From a virus (taxonomy: Duplodnaviria; Heunggongvirae; Uroviricota; Caudoviricetes): a DNA stretch of 34,456 nucleotides. Below are positions 8,789-17,266 of this stretch, piece after piece (position 1 is the first letter of the stretch; every line of letters starts with the position of its first letter). Where the stretch lies: the IMG/VR virus record IMGVR_UViG_2609460219_000012. One strand, written 5' to 3'. A program made the translations under genes and the position numbers. The notes beneath the pieces are model-generated. The model worked only from the letters and a program-made list of their open reading frames with translations. It had not been told where the DNA came from and made no database searches.

Positions 8789-9090
8789 CAATTGCAGCAC
8801 TCGTCCTGTGCCTGCCGTTGCTGCTGACAGGTTGCGGGAACTCGAAAAACGCACCCGTGCCATCGGTGGTGATCCTGCCCGAAACTGATGCAGAACTGAC
8901 GGAAGCAACGCCCGTTCCGCCCATGCCACAGCCCCTGACGTGGGGAGCATCCCTTCTCTGGAATGCTGACCTGTTGATGGCGCTCGGGCAGTGCAACCGC
9001 GACAAGGCATCAGTCCGGGAACAGGAGACCCGGAGGAAAGAAATTTATGAACGAAGACCAGAACCGGGCGGTGGCGCTGCTGCTCGCTGA
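8785..9090 (+). CDS. o-spanin-like outer-membrane lipoprotein, 101 aa (GTG start)
   Basis: Signal peptide with lipobox LLTGC, proline-rich mature part; GTG overlaps i-spanin stop. Confidence 0.55.
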   Translation: MTIAALVLCLPLLLTGCGNSKNAPVPSVVILPETDAELTEATPVPPMPQPLTWGASLLWNADLLMALGQCNRDKASVREQETRRKEIYERRPEPGGGAAAR

Positions 9091-9241
9091 ACTCTGGCAG
9101 GGGGATACCCGTGATATTCCCCGCCCGGCGGCGTATGACCTGCCTGTATTGTGTGCCGGTTGCGGTCGTGAGCTGCGGCCTGATGTGCTGAGACAGCAGC
9201 CGATGGCGAACTACTGNCACTGGTGCCGTGGAGCAGAATAA
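9047..9241 (+). CDS. Hypothetical small protein (64 aa) with CxxC motif
   Basis: ORF only; overlaps neighbours; contains one ambiguous base. Confidence 0.35.
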   Translation: MNEDQNRAVALLLAELWQGDTRDIPRPAAYDLPVLCAGCGRELRPDVLRQQPMANYXHWCRGAE

Positions 9242-9540
9242 TGGATTTGATTTCAGTTTTAGCGTTATGGCCTTACCTGTTGCCTGTTGTGGCCGGTGGG
9301 GCCGTCTGGGCAATGCGTCGTAGTTTTGCCAGCACTGAGCGTGTGGAGCGTCTTGAAAACCGGATGACCGAAATGGAAACCCGCTACGCCAGCATCCCTG
9401 GCACAGAAGATGTACACGAAATGCGCCTGCGAATTGCAGAGCTGTCCGGCGATATCCGGGTGCTGTCCCAGCGGGTGCAGTCATTTTCCCATCAACTGGA
9501 GCTGCTGCTTGAAAACGCAGTAAACCGGAGTAATTCATGA
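9241..9540 (+). CDS. Membrane protein with one TM helix and coiled-coil tail (99 aa from Met at 9241)
   Basis: Hydrophobic N-terminus LISVLALWPYLLPVVAGGAVWA followed by heptad-like region; Met at 9241 overlaps previous stop. Confidence 0.5.
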   Translation: MDLISVLALWPYLLPVVAGGAVWAMRRSFASTERVERLENRMTEMETRYASIPGTEDVHEMRLRIAELSGDIRVLSQRVQSFSHQLELLLENAVNRSNS

Positions 9541-9827
9541 TTAACGATATTCTGACCGAAGACCGTCGTCTGGTCATCTTGCGTTCCCTGATGGACTGCA
9601 ATAACGAAGCAAACGAGTCCATCCTTCAGGACTGTCTGGATGCATACGGACACAACGTTTCCCGCGATGTGGTTCGCGGCCAGATTGACTGGCTGGCAGA
9701 GCAGCAACTGGTCACCGTGGAAAACCTGCGCGGCTTTTATGTCGTAACGCTGACCTCCCGTGGTCAGGATGTGGCAGAAGGTCGTGCCCGCGTTACCGGT
9801 GTCAAGCGTCCTCGTCCCCGTGCATGA
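9537..9827 (+). CDS. Hypothetical protein (96 aa)
   Basis: ORF with overlapping stop/start coupling to neighbours. Confidence 0.5.
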   Translation: MINDILTEDRRLVILRSLMDCNNEANESILQDCLDAYGHNVSRDVVRGQIDWLAEQQLVTVENLRGFYVVTLTSRGQDVAEGRARVTGVKRPRPRA

Positions 9828-10414
9828 CAGGAGGCGTGATGGACAGGAAAACACGGGGCCGGGCTTCAAAAGTGGATTTACTGCCAGAAAACGTACGTAA
9901 AACGCTGCATGAAATGCTGCGTGATAAAGCGATCCCACAGGCCCGCATTCTGGAAGAAATTAACGCACTGATTGAAGACGCTGGCCTGCCGGATGAGATG
10001 AAACTCTCCCGTTCCGGTCTGAACCGTTACGCGACGAACGTCGAACAGGTAGGCCATAACCTGCGACAGATGCGTGAAATGACGTCAGCACTGACCGCAG
10101 AACTTGGCGACAAGCCAATGGGAGAAACCACAAAGCTGATTCTGGAAATGGCCCGCAGCCAGCTTTTTAAGGCCATGATGCGGCAAATCGAAAACCCGGA
10201 ATCTGACGTGGATATTGACCTGCTGAAAAATGCCATGCTGGCGGCACAGCGTCTGGAATCCACGGCAATGTCCAGCCACCGGCGCGAGAAAGAAATCCGC
10301 CAGGCATTCGCAGAAGAAGCGGCAAACGCCGTCAGTGAAGAACTGCGCGGGCAGGATGGTATCAGCGAAGAACTGGAGCAGCGTATCCGTGATGTGTTGC
10401 TGGGTAAAGCGTAG
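9824..10414 (+). CDS. Terminase small-subunit-like DNA-binding protein (Mu gp27-like; possibly gene D), 196 aa
   Basis: Position directly before the large terminase region; basic N-terminus. Assignment by synteny with Mu. Confidence 0.5.
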   Translation: MTGGVMDRKTRGRASKVDLLPENVRKTLHEMLRDKAIPQARILEEINALIEDAGLPDEMKLSRSGLNRYATNVEQVGHNLRQMREMTSALTAELGDKPMGETTKLILEMARSQLFKAMMRQIENPESDVDIDLLKNAMLAAQRLESTAMSSHRREKEIRQAFAEEAANAVSEELRGQDGISEELEQRIRDVLLGKA

Positions 10415-10473
10415 GAGTTACGTTATGAAAAATGATTACAAGGCGCTGCTAATCAGCGCCCATCGAAAGGCTT

Positions 10474-10962
10474 TTACTGTAGCCGGGTGTTCAGATACTC
10501 AAACGGTGATTCAATGTCAAGCTGTGATTCACCGAGCACTTTATATGGGAGCTTCATTGCGTAATACAAATAAGCTACTGCAAATTTTGTTTGTGCCGAC
10601 TGAGAAAGTCCGACAGGGATGTGCATAAGTTCGGTGTTATTGGCGAGTGCATTAGTTACGCAGAGAATCGTTGCTTGATTATGGCGTTCCAGAAGAACAC
10701 GCCAGACAACTAATGGAATTTCTGACCAGTCATCATCCTTCATCAGAAAATCCTCAATGGCGTTATCTGCGGCTTTTTCAAATTGCTTTCTGTAGCTAAT
10801 CGTTCTGATTTGCTCTATGCGTGGTGTGAATCGTTCATTCAGGGGCCAAAGGCGCTGAAGTGTTTCCCATCCGTTTATTGAGACAAATTGAACAGTATCC
10901 ATAGATTGCTTTAATTCTGTTTCACAAAATATTTCAAGTAGTTTTATTGCTTTTGGTGACAT
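10474..10962 (-). CDS. Hypothetical protein, 162 aa, opposite strand, low-GC pocket between terminase genes
   Basis: Only long ORF across 10629-10960 on either strand; RBS GAGGG 6 nt before ATG on minus strand; sampled GC roughly 26-45% versus ~50% elsewhere. No recognisable motif. Confidence 0.5.
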   Translation of the reverse strand: MSPKAIKLLEIFCETELKQSMDTVQFVSINGWETLQRLWPLNERFTPRIEQIRTISYRKQFEKAADNAIEDFLMKDDDWSEIPLVVWRVLLERHNQATILCVTNALANNTELMHIPVGLSQSAQTKFAVAYLYYAMKLPYKVLGESQLDIESPFEYLNTRLQ

Positions 10963-12718
10963 GACGTTCCCTCAGGTATTTAAAGAAAACCGAAGTATTA
11001 TGGCTGAAAAAATAATGGGGTATGAAAAAAATAGCCGGGGCAAAAAACTGATTCCGTCAAGTGAACCCCGTCAGATTGATCTTCAGGAAGAAGCAACCAA
11101 ACTTGGTGTCGAGATCGTTACAGACATCACTAACGCCCAGCCATCTAATGAACCGGTTTTTCTGGGCTATCAGCGCCGCTGGTTTGAGGATGAAAGCCAG
11201 ATTTGTATTGCTGAAAAATCCCGTCGTACCGGTCTGACATNGGCCGAAGCGGGCCGCAATGTCATGACGGCAGCAAAGCCGCGTCGCCGTGGCGGTCGCA
11301 ACGTTTTTTATGTGGGTTCCCGTCAGGAAATGGCGCTGGAATACATTGCCGCCTGTGCCCTGTTTGCCCGCGCCTTTAACCAACTGGCAAAGGCTGACGT
11401 ATGGGAGCAGACCTTCTGGGACAGCGACAAAAAAGAAGAAATCCTCACTTATATGATCCGTTTCCCTAACAGCGGATTTAAGGTGCAGGCGCTGTCAAGC
11501 CGTCCGTCTAACCTGCGTGGTTTGCAGGGGGACGTGGTGATTGATGAGGCGGCATTTCATGAAGCCCTGGACGAACTCCTGAAAGCGGCCTTTGCTCTCA
11601 CCATGTGGGGTGCCCGCGTGCGGATCATATCGACACATAACGGCGTCGATAACCTGTTTAACCAGTACATTCAGGATGCGCGCGAGGGGCGCAAGGATTA
11701 CAGCGTTCACCGCATCACGCTGGATGATGCCATCGCTGACGGGTTGTACCGACGTATCTGTTACGTCACGAATCAGCCGTGGTCGCCGGAAGCGGAAAAA
11801 GCCTGGCGTGATGGCCTGTACCGGAATGCGCCGAATAAAGAGAGTGCCGACGAGGAATACGGCTGCATTCCTAAAAAATCCGGGGGCGCTTATCTGTCAC
11901 GCGTGCTGATTGAAGCCGCCATGACGCCAGCGCGGGATATCCCGATTCTGCGTTTTGAAGCCCCGGACGATTTTGAATCGCTGACACCACAAATGCGCCA
12001 CGGCATCGTTCAGGACTGGTGTGAACAGGAGCTGCTCCCGTTGCTCGATGCGCTGTCGCCGCTCAATAAACACGTACTGGGCGAAGACTTTGCACGCCGT
12101 GGCGACCTGACGGTGTTTGTGCCGCTTGCCATCACGCCTGACTTACGCAAACGCGAATGTTTCCGCGTGGAGCTGCGTAATGTGACCTATGACCAGCAGC
12201 GACAAATCCTTTTATTCATTCTGTCCCGTTTGCCCCGTTTTACCGGCGCTGCATTTGATGCCACCGGTAACGGCGGTTATCTGGCAGAAGCCGCCCGTCT
12301 GATTTATGGCCCGGAGATGATCGACTGTGTGAATCTGACCGCATCCTGGTATCAGGAGTGGATGCCAAAACTGAAAGGCGAGTTTGAAGCGCAGAACATC
12401 ACGATTGCCCGGCACCAGACCACACTTGATGACCTGCTCCACATCAAGGTGGACAAAGGTATTCCGCAGATTGATAAGGGGCGCACAAAAGATGAAGGCG
12501 GTAAAGGCCGACGACATGGCGACTTTGCCGTGGCGCTCTGTATGGCTGTCAGGGCGTCTTATATGAATGGTTTTGTTATCGACGAGGACAGCATACAGGC
12601 GCTGCCACCACGCCACCGTGGTGATGATGTTGATAACGATGATTTTGATGATTATCACCAGTTTGAACGAGGGGCTGGTAATGGGCCGTATTCTGGATAT
12701 TTCCGGGCAGCCGTTTGA
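10961..12718 (+). CDS. Terminase large subunit (possibly gene E); true start may be Met at 11000 or 11015
   Basis: 585-aa ORF immediately upstream of portal; acidic/ATPase-like segments (VVIDEAAF). 5' end overlaps the minus-strand ORF start by 2 nt. Confidence 0.7.
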   Translation: MTFPQVFKENRSIMAEKIMGYEKNSRGKKLIPSSEPRQIDLQEEATKLGVEIVTDITNAQPSNEPVFLGYQRRWFEDESQICIAEKSRRTGLTXAEAGRNVMTAAKPRRRGGRNVFYVGSRQEMALEYIAACALFARAFNQLAKADVWEQTFWDSDKKEEILTYMIRFPNSGFKVQALSSRPSNLRGLQGDVVIDEAAFHEALDELLKAAFALTMWGARVRIISTHNGVDNLFNQYIQDAREGRKDYSVHRITLDDAIADGLYRRICYVTNQPWSPEAEKAWRDGLYRNAPNKESADEEYGCIPKKSGGAYLSRVLIEAAMTPARDIPILRFEAPDDFESLTPQMRHGIVQDWCEQELLPLLDALSPLNKHVLGEDFARRGDLTVFVPLAITPDLRKRECFRVELRNVTYDQQRQILLFILSRLPRFTGAAFDATGNGGYLAEAARLIYGPEMIDCVNLTASWYQEWMPKLKGEFEAQNITIARHQTTLDDLLHIKVDKGIPQIDKGRTKDEGGKGRRHGDFAVALCMAVRASYMNGFVIDEDSIQALPPRHRGDDVDNDDFDDYHQFERGAGNGPYSGYFRAAV

Positions 12719-14219
12719 TTTTGACGATGAAATGCAGACCCGCAGCGATGAGCTGGCAATGGTCATGAAGCGTACGCAGGAGCATCCTTCCAGTGGTGTG
12801 ACGCCGAACCGGGCCGCGCAGATGCTGCGTGATGCCGAACGCGGTGATCTGACCGCACAGGCTGACCTGGCCTTTGATATGGAAGAAAAGGACACCCACC
12901 TTTTTTCCGAACTGAGCAAGCGCCGCCTTGCCATTCAGGCGCTGGAATGGCGCATCGCTCCGGCACGTGATGCCAGCGCACAGGAGAAAAAAGACGCCGA
13001 CATGTTGAATGAATATCTGCATGATGCGGCGTGGTTTGAAGATGCCCTGTTTGATGCCGGTGATGCCATTCTCAAGGGTTATTCCATGCAGGAGATTGAA
13101 TGGGGCTGGCTGGGCAAAATGCGCGTGCCGGTGGCGCTGCATCATCGCGATCCGGCGCTGTTCTGCGCGAACCCCGATAATCTGAACGAATTACGTCTGC
13201 GTGATACGTCTTATCACGGGCTGGAGCTGCAACCGTTCGGCTGGTTTATGCACCGGGCCAAATCCCGCACCGGGTATGTCGGCACCAATGGCCTTGTGCG
13301 CACGCTTATCTGGCCTTTTATTTTTAAAAACTATTCCGTGCGTGATTTTGCAGAGTTCCTGGAAATTTACGGACTTCCCATGCGCGTCGGTAAATATCCG
13401 ACCGGCTCCACGAACCGTGAGAAAGCCACACTGATGCAGGCCGTGATGGATATCGGGCGACGTGCCGGTGGCATTATTCCGATGGGGATGACGCTGGATT
13501 TTCAGAGCGCCGCAGATGGTCAGTCAGACCCCTTTATGGCGATGATTGGCTGGGCAGAAAAAGCGATTTCAAAAGCCATTCTGGGCGGCACCCTGACCAC
13601 AGAGGCTGGCGATAAAGGTGCACGGTCGCTGGGTGAAGTGCATGATGAGGTTCGCAGGGAAATCCGTAACGCGGATGTGGGCCAGCTTGCCCGCAGTATT
13701 AACCGTGACCTGATTTATCCCCTGCTGGCACTGAACAGTGACAGCACCATTGATATTAACCGCCTGCCGGGCATTGTGTTTGATACCAGTGAAGCGGGTG
13801 ATATTACGGCACTGTCTGACGCCATTCCGAAACTGGCGGCGGGAATGCGTATTCCGGTCTCCTGGATACAGGAAAAACTCCATATTCCGCAGCAGGTCGG
13901 TGATGAAGCCGTGTTTACTGCTCAACCGGTCGTCATGGATAACGGTCCGCAGAAAGAGGCCGCATTATCCGCTGAAGATATCCCGCAGGAGGATGATATC
14001 GACCGGATGGGCGTCTCACCGGAAGACTGGCAGCGTTCGGTTGATCCCCTGCTGAAACCCGTCATTTTTTCTGTGCTGAAAGATGGCCCGGAAGCCGCCA
14101 TGAACAAAGCCGCTTCATTATATCCGCAGATGGATGATGCAGAACTTATCGACATGCTGACCCGTGCCATTTTTGTTGCCGATATATGGGGGCGTCTGGA
14201 TGCCGCAGCAGACCATTGA
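12681..14219 (+). CDS. H: Portal protein, 513 aa from Met at 12681
   Basis: Synteny and size match Mu H; RBS gagggg before ATG 12681; ORF track frame begins 12567 inside terminase. Confidence 0.8.
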   Translation: MGRILDISGQPFDFDDEMQTRSDELAMVMKRTQEHPSSGVTPNRAAQMLRDAERGDLTAQADLAFDMEEKDTHLFSELSKRRLAIQALEWRIAPARDASAQEKKDADMLNEYLHDAAWFEDALFDAGDAILKGYSMQEIEWGWLGKMRVPVALHHRDPALFCANPDNLNELRLRDTSYHGLELQPFGWFMHRAKSRTGYVGTNGLVRTLIWPFIFKNYSVRDFAEFLEIYGLPMRVGKYPTGSTNREKATLMQAVMDIGRRAGGIIPMGMTLDFQSAADGQSDPFMAMIGWAEKAISKAILGGTLTTEAGDKGARSLGEVHDEVRREIRNADVGQLARSINRDLIYPLLALNSDSTIDINRLPGIVFDTSEAGDITALSDAIPKLAAGMRIPVSWIQEKLHIPQQVGDEAVFTAQPVVMDNGPQKEAALSAEDIPQEDDIDRMGVSPEDWQRSVDPLLKPVIFSVLKDGPEAAMNKAASLYPQMDDAELIDMLTRAIFVADIWGRLDAAADH

Positions 14220-15519
14220 TCTGGCGTATGCCGCACGCCTCCCGCCAAAGGAGGCTGTCGCGTATTTCCGCGCCAAAGGCTACAACATCACCTGGAACTG
14301 GTACGAACAACTGGCAGACGCGCACGCCCGCGCCTTTACCGTTGCCAAAGCCACCCGGATGGATGTACTGACCACTATCCGTGAGGAAGTGGAGCGGGCT
14401 GTCAGTGAAGGCATCACCCGTGAGGAATTTACCCGCACACTGGCCCCCCGGCTGCAAAAACTCGGATGGTGGGGAAAACAAATCATCGTGGATGCAGACG
14501 GAAACGCAAAGGTAATCGAGCTGGGCAGTCCGCGTCGTCTGGCAACCATTTATAACGTCAATACCCGTACGGGGTACGGGGCGGGACGTTATGCGCAGAT
14601 GATGAATACCGCCGATTTGTACCCGTACTGGCAGTACGTTGCCGTTATGGATGGCAGAACACGCCCGGAACATGCGCGGCTGCATAATATGGTTTTCCGG
14701 TATGACGACATTTTCTGGCAAACGCATTACCCGCCCAATGGCTGGAACTGCCGCTGTCGCGTCCGGGCGCTGTCTGCGGCCCGCATGAAAGAACTGGGGC
14801 TACAGGTCAGTTATGGTGCGTCATTCATGAATACCCGCGAAGTGGATGCCGGTACGGATGAAAGCACTGGAGAGATTTTCCGCACATCGTCAACCACGTT
14901 TGACAACGGTCGGGTAAAAATGACGCCGGATGTGGGCTGGTCATATAACCCCGGTTCGGCGGCATTTGGTACGGATCAGGCACTGATTCGAAAACTGGTG
15001 GAAGTTCGTGACGCGCAGCTGCGTGAGCAGGTTGTTCAGACGCTGAATAACAGCCGGGAGCGTCAGCTTGCTTTTTCCCTCTGGCTTAAACGTCTGGCGA
15101 AATCACGCCGGGCCGGACATGAGGTCCGTGCGCTGGGGTTTATGACGGAAGCCGTGGCGGAGGCCGTATATCAGCGCACCGGGAATATGCCAGCCCGTCT
15201 GCTTGTGATGAACGGAAAAAGTCTGGCGACCACTGCTGATGCCGCCCTGAAACCGGAGGATTTACAGCGTCTGCCGTCACTGATGGCAAAACCACAGGCG
15301 GTATTGTGGGACAGGGAGAACCACCAGTTGCTGTATGTTGTGGCAACCCGCGACGGCACTGCAAAAGTTGTGGTCAGAACATCGCAGGCTGTCAGCAAAC
15401 AGAATGACCGGGCGGATGTGCTGGTCAGTATCAGCCGCGTATCTGCACAGTCGCTTGAAGCCGCGATTGCTGACGGGATGATTGACATACTGGAGGGGCA
15501 TGTGGAGGTGAATAAGTGA
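14200..15519 (+). CDS. F: Head morphogenesis protein F (virion protein), ~440 aa
   Basis: Follows portal with overlapping start; size and position as Mu F. Confidence 0.7.
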   Translation: MPQQTIDLAYAARLPPKEAVAYFRAKGYNITWNWYEQLADAHARAFTVAKATRMDVLTTIREEVERAVSEGITREEFTRTLAPRLQKLGWWGKQIIVDADGNAKVIELGSPRRLATIYNVNTRTGYGAGRYAQMMNTADLYPYWQYVAVMDGRTRPEHARLHNMVFRYDDIFWQTHYPPNGWNCRCRVRALSAARMKELGLQVSYGASFMNTREVDAGTDESTGEIFRTSSTTFDNGRVKMTPDVGWSYNPGSAAFGTDQALIRKLVEVRDAQLREQVVQTLNNSRERQLAFSLWLKRLAKSRRAGHEVRALGFMTEAVAEAVYQRTGNMPARLLVMNGKSLATTADAALKPEDLQRLPSLMAKPQAVLWDRENHQLLYVVATRDGTAKVVVRTSQAVSKQNDRADVLVSISRVSAQSLEAAIADGMIDILEGHVEVNK

Positions 15520-15985
15520 GTCTTGATATGAACGTTGCCGTGGATGTGCGACGTATTCAGCTTGCGCTGGATGAACTGGGAACCGCCACACGTGACCGCG
15601 TCATTCCCCGTGTGATAGCTGCGGCGCTGCTGTCATCCACGGAACAGGCATTTGAACGGCAGGCAGACCCGGATACAGGGAAAGGCTGGGAAGCGTGGAG
15701 CGATTCGTGGCTGGCATGGCGTCAGGATCATGGTTTTGTTCCGGGCAGTATTCTTACCCTGCATGGCGATCTGGCACGCAGCATTACCACCGATTATGGA
15801 CAGGATTATGCCTGATTGGTTCGCCAAAAATTTATGCTGCCATTCATCAGTGGGGCGGTACACCCGATATGGCACCCCGCCCGGCAGGCGTTCCTGCGCG
15901 TCCTTATATGGGGCTGGATAAGACCGGGGAACAGGAAATTTTTGATGCCATCAGAAAACGCGTCAGCGCCGCTCTGAGGCAATAA
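15516..15985 (+). CDS. G: Virion morphogenesis protein G; frame interrupted near 15800-15815
   Basis: Two ORFs (15516..15815, 15695..15985) join into one ~156-aa protein if a single base is restored at the gcc-tga-ttg junction; GTG start with GGAGG 7 nt upstream. Confidence 0.6.
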
Positions 15986-16181
15986 ACGGAATCAGACATG
16001 AAGTCAGCCGCACAGATTTTTTAAAACGCGCCACGGGATTTTTAAACCGGTATTTAACGGTGTATGAATCCCGTTTTATCTTCCTTCCACTTTCTTTCTC
16101 CAGTACTCAAATAGCATAACCCCAGATTTTCCCGCACCTCCCGCAAACTGACTGCTCACAAACCATGATGAGCAGCAGGAC
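15986..16181 (+). promoter_or_regulatory. G-I intergenic region: expected location of C-dependent late promoter P_I and of the Mu central strong gyrase site (SGS)
   Basis: 196-bp non-coding gap, the largest in the late region, at the centre of the element. Functional assignment is from published Mu biology, not from a motif I can verify. Confidence 0.5.
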
Positions 16182-17266
16182 ATGAAAAAACACGCGATTG
16201 GCATTGCCGCACTGAATGCGCTGTCCATTGACGATGACGGCTGGTGCCAGCTATTGCCTGCCGGTCATTTCAGTGCCCGTGATGGTCGTCCGTTTGATGT
16301 GACAGGCGGTCAGGGGTGGTTCATCGACGGTGAGATTGCCGGGCGTCTGGTTGAAGGCGTTCGCGCGCTCAACCAGGACGTGCTGATTGATTACGAGCAT
16401 AACCAGCTACGTAAGGACAAAGGATTACCCCCGGAACAACTCGTCGCGGCTGGCTGGTTTAACGCCGATGAAATGCAGTGGCGTGAAGGTGAAGGGTTAT
16501 TTATCCACCCACGCTGGACGGCGGCGGCCCAGCAGCGCATCGATGACGGCGAATTTGGTTATCTCTCTGCGGTTTTTCCGTATGACACCGCCACCGGTGC
16601 GGTGCTGCAAATCCGCCTTGCTGCGCTGACCAATGACCCCGGTGCCACCGGCATGAAAAAGCTGACCGCACTGGCGGCAGACCTTCCCGACATCCTTCAA
16701 CAGGAGAACAAACCCATGAATGAAACGCTGCGCAAGCTGCTTGCGCGTCTTGGGGTGACGGTCCCCGAAAATGCAGACATCACCGATGAACAGGCCAGCG
16801 CGGCCTGAGTGCGCTTGATGCGCTCGAAACAGATGCCGGAAAAGTGGCGTCGTTATCCGCCGAACTGGAAAAGGCACAGAAAGCCGCCGTTGACCTGACG
16901 AAATACGTCCCGGTGGAAAGCTACAACGCCCTGCGTGATGAACTGGCACAGGCGACTGCACAAAGCGCCACAGCCAGCCTGAGCGCCGTTCTGGACAAGG
17001 CGGAACAGGAAGGCCGCATTTTCAAAAGCGAACGCTCTTACCTGGAACAGCTTGGCGGTCAGATTGGCGTGGCGGCACTGTCGGCACAGCTTGAGAAAAA
17101 ACAGCCCATCGCTGCGTTATCTGCCATGCAGACCACCACAGCGAAAATCCCGTCGCAGGAAAAACCGGCGGTGGCGGTGCTGTCTGCTGATGAACAGGCA
17201 GCAGTGAAGGCGCTCGGCATTACTGAGGCTGAGTATCTGAAAATGAAACAGGAACAAGAAAAATGA
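16182..17266 (+). CDS. I: Head protease/scaffold protein I (with C-terminal scaffold Z domain); frame interrupted near 16790-16808
   Basis: ORFs 16182..16808 and 16844..17266 are contiguous; second frame is open back to 16790; combined ~360 aa as Mu I. Confidence 0.75.

Noticed and set aside
8541-8888. 115-aa alternative-frame ORF across the spanin genes
   Set aside because: Overlaps two ORFs with clear membrane and lipoprotein signatures; Cys/Arg-rich nonsense translation.
8660-9622. 320-aa minus-strand ORF antisense to the spanin and small lysis-region genes
   Set aside because: Antisense to a densely coded + strand cassette; no independent signals.
10230-10424. Upstream part of + strand ORF 10230..10628 overlapping the small-terminase-like gene in another frame
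   Set aside because: Nested alternative frame inside a better-supported gene; only the part after the RBS at 10414-10417 is considered as a candidate.
12212-12934. 240-aa minus-strand ORF antisense to the terminase-portal junction
   Set aside because: Antisense to confidently placed + strand genes; no supporting signals.
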